Assembly (NCBI GenBank): GCA_027923505.1 | Contig: BROI01000005.1 | Location: 62,001 to 126,000, forward strand | DNA: 64,000 bases | Direction: 5' to 3' | DNA from: Mayamaea pseudoterrestris | Taxonomy: Eukaryota | Part shown: positions 57,934 to 64,000 of the stretch, piece after piece | Layout: each line of letters opens with the position of its first letter | How positions within the stretch are numbered: the first letter of the stretch is position 1 | Translations under genes and position numbers: made by a program | The notes under the pieces: model-generated | The model's database searches: none | Seen by the model: the letters and a program-made list of their open reading frames with translations, nothing else | Told to the model about the DNA's origin: nothing

Positions 57934-60798
57934 ATGGCAACTCGTCCCGTGCCATCCATATTTCGCGCCAGCAATCCCCCCAAGGGCTACGTGCCAGGCC
58001 TTGGTCGCGGCGCCACTGGCTTTTCGACGCGGGGTGACGTGGGAGCCGCCGTTCCCGAGTCGGCCGTCGAAGTGAGTGGCACGGCGAGTCGATCGGCCGA
58101 AGCCAGAGCCATATTGCGCGGCGTCAATGCGCGCAACAATAATCACGACGCTTCCGACGGCGTTACTCAAACTGGCGCCTACGATCAATTCGAAGGCTAC
58201 GTGGAGAAACCAGTCGACAACGGCCAGTTTGCGGACAACGACGAGGACGACAACCAGGCGGACCAAATCTGGGCCGCCATTGACGAGCGCATGAAGCACA
58301 AGCGCAAGCGCAAAAACGAAACGGCCAATGAGAATGGTCAAGTATCGGCGCGAACGCGAATCAGCAGCAATTTTCGCGACGCCAAGGAGGCGCTCGGTGA
58401 CATGACGCAGGACATGTGGGCAGCCATTCCAGATGTGCAAGGGGATGTTAGTTTGAAGCTAAAGCAGCGGCGGCGACAGGAAGCCTTTACGCCGATATCG
58501 GATTCACTGTTGGAGCAGCGGCATGAGCGAAACGCGGATGCCACGGCGGGAAATGCGCGCATGGCTGGAACTGTTGTGGTGGACGGCACCCACACGAGCA
58601 TGACCAACATGTCGGGCTTGAGCGCGGCGCGTGGAACGGTACTGGGCATGAGTCTTGACAAGCAGCAGCAGGCGAGTGCGGCCTCGGGCTTGGCCACGAC
58701 TGTTGTGGATGCGGCTGGATACTTGACAAGCTTGGCGGAAACGTCGACTGTGGCACTGTCGGGTAACAGTGTTCAGGACATTCACAAGGCGCGACTACTG
58801 TTAAAAAGTGTTCGCGATACAAACCCAAAGCATGGACCGGGATGGATTGCGTCGGCGCGTGTCGAGGAGGTGGCTGGAAAGTTGCTGCAAGCGCGCAAAA
58901 TTATACAGGAAGCTTGTCAAGTGTGTCCGGATAATGAAGATGTTTGGCTCGAGGCGGCGCGCCTGCATCCACAAGGCAATGTGGCCAAGAGTATTTTGGC
59001 GACGGCTGTGCGGCGTATACCAGCGTCAGTCAAGTTGTTTCTGCGAGCGGTTGATATGGAACAGACTGATGCGGCGAAAAAGGCTGTGCTGCGCAAGGGG
59101 TTGGAGACGAATCCAACATCTGTCACCTTGTGGAAGGCTGCTATTGAACTGGAAGACGCTGACAATGCACGTATCTTGCTGAGCATTGCGGTCGAAAAGG
59201 TACCACATGCCGTCGAGTTTTGGCTAGCGTTGGCTCGACTCGAGTCCTACGAGAATGCGCAAAAGATCTTGAACAAGGCGCGAAAAGCACTTGCCACGGA
59301 GCGAACCATTTGGATCGCTGCAGCTAAGCTTGAAGAATCTCAATCTCATGATGATATTGTTGACAAGATTATAGAGCGTGCTGTGAAATCATTGCAAAAG
59401 AACGAAGCCGTGGTGACGAGAGTGCAATGGTTGCAGGAAGCAGAAAACGCCGAAGCCTCTGACGCGCCAATCACGAGTGCTGCCATTGTCAAGTACACGA
59501 TTGGTATCGACGTTGATGACGAAGATCGTCAACGCACTTGGGCGGATGACGCAAAATCTTGTTTGGCGCGTGGATCTGTGGCAACTGCTAGAGCCATCCT
59601 TTCGCATGCACTGTCAGTCTTTCCTACGAAGCGCAGCTTTTGGATGCAGGCCGTAGAACTCGAGCGGAAACATGGGACGGCTACTACGTTGGACGAGGTA
59701 CTCGCAGCAGCGAGCGAGCGTCAACCGAATGTGGAAATCTTTTGGCTACTGCGGGCGAAGGAACAGTGGCTAGCCGGAAATGTCGACAAGGCTCGGGAGG
59801 TGCTTACGGAAGCATTTAAAGCAAACCCAGAATCTGAAGCTGTTTGGCTTGCAGCTGCAAAATTGGAGTGGGAGACTGGCGAACTAGAGCGCGCACGCGT
59901 CTTGCTGCAGAGGGCAAGGGAGCGAGCGCCGACAGATCGAGTGTTTATGAAGTCAGCACTCTTTGAACGACAGCATCACAACTACGAGGCTGCCCTACAC
60001 TTGATTGACGAAGGCATTACAAAGTACCCTCAATTCGCGAAGCTTTATTGTATGGGTGGCCAAATATGCTCTGATGATCTTGCTAAGAATAAGAAAAGTC
60101 TTGACCGAGCAAGAAGATTTTACCAGCGTGGGTTGGAAGAATGTCCGACCTCGACGGTGCTTTGGATCTTGGCGAGTAGACTTGAAGAGCGTTCAGCAAC
60201 ATTCACACCCGACGATAATGCAAATCCAGGTGTGGGCCCAACAAAAGCCAGAAGTCTACTGGAACTTGCCCGTTTGAAGATCCCGAAGAGTCCGGAGCTT
60301 TGGATCGAAGCGATTCGTTTGGAACGTCGGAATGGCAACGCAAAGCTCGCTGAGACACTCATGGCTCGTGCACTTCAAGATTGTCCACAGTCAGGGCTGC
60401 TGCTCGCTGAGAATATATACACTGCACCCCGCGTTGAACAGAAATCCAAGTCATCTGACGCAGTCAAGCGTTGCCCGGAGGACCCGCTCGTCATTGTTGC
60501 TGTTGCTTCGTTGTTTGCGTCAGAGCGCAAGACGGACAAGGCAAGAAAATGGTTCGATCGAGCCGTCATTTTGAATCCGGACCTGGGAGACTCCTGGGCT
60601 CGATTCTACGCGTTTGAACTCACTTCAGGAAGTTTGGAGGAGCAGCAAAAAGTGAAGGAACGATGCGTCGCCGCTGAACCAAAGCACGGCGAGATTTGGA
60701 CTAGCCTCTCTAAAGCAATGGAGAATTTGTCAAAAAACACTGGAGAAATACTCGAGCTAGCATCCAAAGCGGTAACATCGTATAATAGGCTTCACTGA
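57934..60798 (+). CDS. PRP6: Pre-mRNA splicing factor PRP6 copy 2
   Basis: Translation identical to copy 1. Confidence 0.96.
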   Translation: MATRPVPSIFRASNPPKGYVPGLGRGATGFSTRGDVGAAVPESAVEVSGTASRSAEARAILRGVNARNNNHDASDGVTQTGAYDQFEGYVEKPVDNGQFADNDEDDNQADQIWAAIDERMKHKRKRKNETANENGQVSARTRISSNFRDAKEALGDMTQDMWAAIPDVQGDVSLKLKQRRRQEAFTPISDSLLEQRHERNADATAGNARMAGTVVVDGTHTSMTNMSGLSAARGTVLGMSLDKQQQASAASGLATTVVDAAGYLTSLAETSTVALSGNSVQDIHKARLLLKSVRDTNPKHGPGWIASARVEEVAGKLLQARKIIQEACQVCPDNEDVWLEAARLHPQGNVAKSILATAVRRIPASVKLFLRAVDMEQTDAAKKAVLRKGLETNPTSVTLWKAAIELEDADNARILLSIAVEKVPHAVEFWLALARLESYENAQKILNKARKALATERTIWIAAAKLEESQSHDDIVDKIIERAVKSLQKNEAVVTRVQWLQEAENAEASDAPITSAAIVKYTIGIDVDDEDRQRTWADDAKSCLARGSVATARAILSHALSVFPTKRSFWMQAVELERKHGTATTLDEVLAAASERQPNVEIFWLLRAKEQWLAGNVDKAREVLTEAFKANPESEAVWLAAAKLEWETGELERARVLLQRARERAPTDRVFMKSALFERQHHNYEAALHLIDEGITKYPQFAKLYCMGGQICSDDLAKNKKSLDRARRFYQRGLEECPTSTVLWILASRLEERSATFTPDDNANPGVGPTKARSLLELARLKIPKSPELWIEAIRLERRNGNAKLAETLMARALQDCPQSGLLLAENIYTAPRVEQKSKSSDAVKRCPEDPLVIVAVASLFASERKTDKARKWFDRAVILNPDLGDSWARFYAFELTSGSLEEQQKVKERCVAAEPKHGEIWTSLSKAMENLSKNTGEILELASKAVTSYNRLH

Positions 60799-60974
60799 CA
60801 GTAGTTAAGGGCTTGTTATTGTACATTCTGTAAGTCTATCTATTGCAGATTGTATTCAGCCTCATCGACGTGATGAGGTCCGAGAAAGCAGCCAGTATCG
60901 AACAGTAGCGACAATCAGGCCTTTGTCGTACATGTTAAGACAGCAAAATTTTGACACGCTATCGCAAACCCTCA

Positions 60975-62565
60975 TCATGCAGTCGATTGCTTTCCTTGCG
61001 GCAAAATGTTCCTCATTTGCACTGACGGCTGTGGCAAAAAGCTGGACTTTTCATCTTCATTCGCACTATTATTGCTATATTGATTCGATGACTGCCGCAT
61101 ATTACCTTGCTTAAAATTCTCCCATTCGATTCGAAGCAGATTCCAAATCGCTCGTCGAAACACTTCTAGAAACTGCGTACACAATACAAAGGAATCGGCG
61201 CTTGGAAATATTCGATGGTAGAACCGCAGCATCCACGAGAATCTCAACACCGAGTCCGCAATGAGAATAATGGCGCTCATTGCCACGCCGTATCGTAACC
61301 TTGGCCGGAGCCAAATGTGCCAACACTTTCGTTGTGGCGCCTTGGAGGGAGCGCACAGTGTACTTATTGGACTCTTTTGCATCATGCCCCAATCATGGAC
61401 AATGTCCCTGGTGGTGGTAAAGCAGTTTTGTCGTCAGATGTCGCATGTCCTCGACTTGGTGAACCGTTTCAAACAACCACCGGCACACACGAGCATTATG
61501 AATTACTCACCAGTACAATGCATATAGTGTATTAATCACCAGCAGCAGTATCAGATACTTTTCCAATTTTTCGGCTCGCTTTGGATCAATCGTCTTTTGG
61601 TAGGCACTCAAACTGAGCGGAAAGACGGAAGTGGCATACTTGAGCGCGTTGGCCAAGTGCGTGAGTCGCTTGTGAAAGTCGTGCGAAACCTTTGGCTGAA
61701 GCTTGCAGTAGCTCCACATGACCAAACACTGGCGGGCGCGAATCAAAAACGGAACCGCGGCGCATGCCGTTGGAATGAGAATGTTGTAGGGCGATGGAGG
61801 CACCGGGTGTGGATAGTGACTCAGTAAATGAAAGAGCATGCCCCAGTCAAAGAAAACCTTGGAGAGCGAGCACATGGCATCGGCAAAAAACACGTCAACG
61901 AATGGTACTGGTCGAAGGGCATCCGTAATGACGCAGGAGCAACGAGGATTGACTAGTTCAAAGCATCGTTGCAGTACAATGACCGAAGCCTTTCGCAGCC
62001 ACCGCGTTGACGGCAGTGGAAATACAACGGCAAAGGTGACAACACCATAAAACGCCAAGACGGCCCCAAGCTGATTGCCTCCAAGTACATCAATCCAGAC
62101 AAAATAGGTGGAATGCAAGAGAAACAGCAGCGACATGGAGAACCAAACGAGTTTATCCCACGTAACGGCAGCATTGGCGACTTCCGGCGACTCTAACTCC
62201 TCATCCTCGTAGTAGTACTCCTCATCGTCGGATGCATACTCCAAGGCCTTTCCAATTTCGCCGTTCGAGTTGCTCCTCAGTATGGAATCATTCTGTATGA
62301 TACTTGATTCCGTCCCTCGATGCCTCTTGCCGCTATTATGATCCGACTGTGACTGTGACGATGAAAGCTCATTCTCCTTGGCTTCCAGCAGCAACACATC
62401 ATGCTTGAGCACCTTGGCGTAATTAATGCCAAACATGCGATAGTAAAAAATGTTCATGCCCCATAGTGCCACGGAAGCAATGAGAACGGTCGGGCTCCGC
62501 ATCATGGCGTGGGCAGGCCCCGAGCCATTGCCAAAAATTTCTCCCACCTCCTGCGTGGCGGACAT
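60975..62565 (-). CDS. EXS-domain membrane protein copy 2 (intron 61408..61510)
   Basis: Translation identical to copy 1. Confidence 0.9.
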
Positions 62566-63115
62566 GGTTGTTACTGAGGTTGTGAAACTGAGACACTACT
62601 AAAGACTTGGCGATCTGGACTTTTCTCTTATTAGCTTCGTTCAATAACGGATTAAAAGTATCTCCCTGTGAATTTTTAATGGCTCTTGAAGTTGATTGAT
62701 GGTTGATGGTTTGCGTTTACTGTGCTGATATTGATCGCTCGTTCAGCAGCAAGAAGCGGAGTGACGAACACGACTATGCTCCGTCACCAAGGTAAGCGAG
62801 GAGCTCAATTAAAAAACTTGTAGTAAGCTTAGTCGCGAGCCAATTGTAGTTGGAGGGGGAAGGGCAGATTCCCATGGTCGTCGAGGCGCGCGAGGTGGAA
62901 AGCCGTTTTCGTCGCGAGAGCGTTTTCATCCCACGCCAGCAATCGTGTACCGGTACGATAATCGGCGTCGTACCGTTACAAAATCGTCTTACGGTAGTCA
63001 AAATAGAATTCGAATCGTGATCGAGATCTTTGCTGCGACAGCTTGCTTCGAATAGAAGCAACTTGGATCATTATCTGCCCCAAAACAAAGTTTGCTCTCT
63101 CTCTGCAATTGAACA

Positions 63116-64000
63116 ATGGCTTCACGCGAGTACTACGATATCTTGAAACAGGCAAAAATCCACATGGATAAGCACGAGCACCGCCAGGCAGCCGACGTGT
63201 TTTGGAACTCCTTTTGCGCCTGCCCCTCACATTGGTCGCTTGGTCGGTACGATATCTTTACCTACTATACGGAGATTTTGATTGACGGCCGCGTCCAGCC
63301 TACTCACAATGATGTTGAGAACCTGCGAAGCGTACTGGACGACGAAACGGAAGTTGGCATCTTTCGAATCAACGCTGGAACGATTTTGGCGAGTGTTTCC
63401 GGCAACGCGTTCAACGAGTTTGAGGATGCGGCTGACTACTTTCGACAGGCAATCAGTCTAGCTGATGCCGTGTCCAAGAAGGAGCTGCGGAAATGCAAAG
63501 GAATTTTCATCAACCCTGCCCATGACGCTCAATCAATCGTGCAGGACATGCGAGACAACTGTGCGACGAATCTAAAGGGCATGGAGAATCCCATAACTGT
63601 GCCAGTTATGCGCGGCGATGCGACGGAACGACCTCCACCATTAAAGATGCAAACGTCTGACGGAATTTCGTTTGAAGTCCAGCCGGATTATGTGGTGTTT
63701 CCAAACGTGGCTGACATGGAAGGACGACTCGCTACGGGCGGCAAGGAGTGTGATTTTTGCAAAAAGACGCTTGCCCAACTTGGCATTCCTAGGCTCAGCA
63801 CGTGCACACGATGCAAAATGACATACTATTGCTCCAAAGAGTGTCAGAAAGCTGCATGGAAGGCAGGCCACAAGACTGCTTGCCGCGAGCCGAATCAACG
63901 TGTACGAGGCGACGTTATGCAATTAAAGGAGCATGGCAATGAACTTTCGCAAGTTGTCACCTTGGTGGAGGAGCAGCCGAATAAGCAGTGGAAAGTCACG
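63116..64000 (+). CDS. MYND zinc-finger protein with helical (TPR-like) N-terminus; runs off the window end
   Basis: Not in the ORF track (no stop in the window). Hand translation gives CDFCKK..STCTRCKMTYYCSKECQKAAWKAGHKTAC. Confidence 0.88.
   Translation, partial: MASREYYDILKQAKIHMDKHEHRQAADVFWNSFCACPSHWSLGRYDIFTYYTEILIDGRVQPTHNDVENLRSVLDDETEVGIFRINAGTILASVSGNAFNEFEDAADYFRQAISLADAVSKKELRKCKGIFINPAHDAQSIVQDMRDNCATNLKGMENPITVPVMRGDATERPPPLKMQTSDGISFEVQPDYVVFPNVADMEGRLATGGKECDFCKKTLAQLGIPRLSTCTRCKMTYYCSKECQKAAWKAGHKTACREPNQRVRGDVMQLKEHGNELSQVVTLVEEQPNKQWKVT

Larger units (their letters stand above)
41843..63327. repeat. Tandem segmental duplication, period 10,742 bp (41843..52585 and 52585..63327)
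   Basis: All ORFs recur at +10742. Junction ..GAGAACCTGC(G)CACCATC.. at 52585. One substitution noticed (A43970 vs G54712). Confidence 0.97.

Overview
Compact, intron-poor eukaryotic nuclear DNA, by inference from a (probably pennate) diatom: short GT-AG introns, a bipartite 'signal peptide + AF' presequence and RxL-type membrane proteins. Housekeeping genes include TFIIE-alpha, membralin, mitochondrial uS9, COQ3 (frameshifted), NSA2, an INTS2-like gene, a CAAX protease, PRP6, an EXS protein and a large FYR/DDT/bromo/PHD chromatin protein. Four non-ordinary blocks stand out. (1) A ~9.3 kb AT-rich island (~10550-19900) sits between the divergent COQ3 and NSA2 genes. It has no recognisable transposase but carries a private paralogous gene family, three small genes with C-terminal methyl-CpG-binding (MBD)-like domains (one keeping the canonical mCpG-contact residues, two degenerate) and a palindromic repeat array. 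(2) An intronless 1192-aa orphan ORF ends in a CCCH-like knuckle. (3) A MULE transposon has perfect 92-bp TIRs but no target-site duplication. (4) A near-identical 10,742-bp tandem duplication doubles Argonaute, PRP6 and the EXS gene and creates two convergent, overlapping chimeric ORFs at its junction. All calls come from reading the sequence and recognising motifs; no database searches were run.
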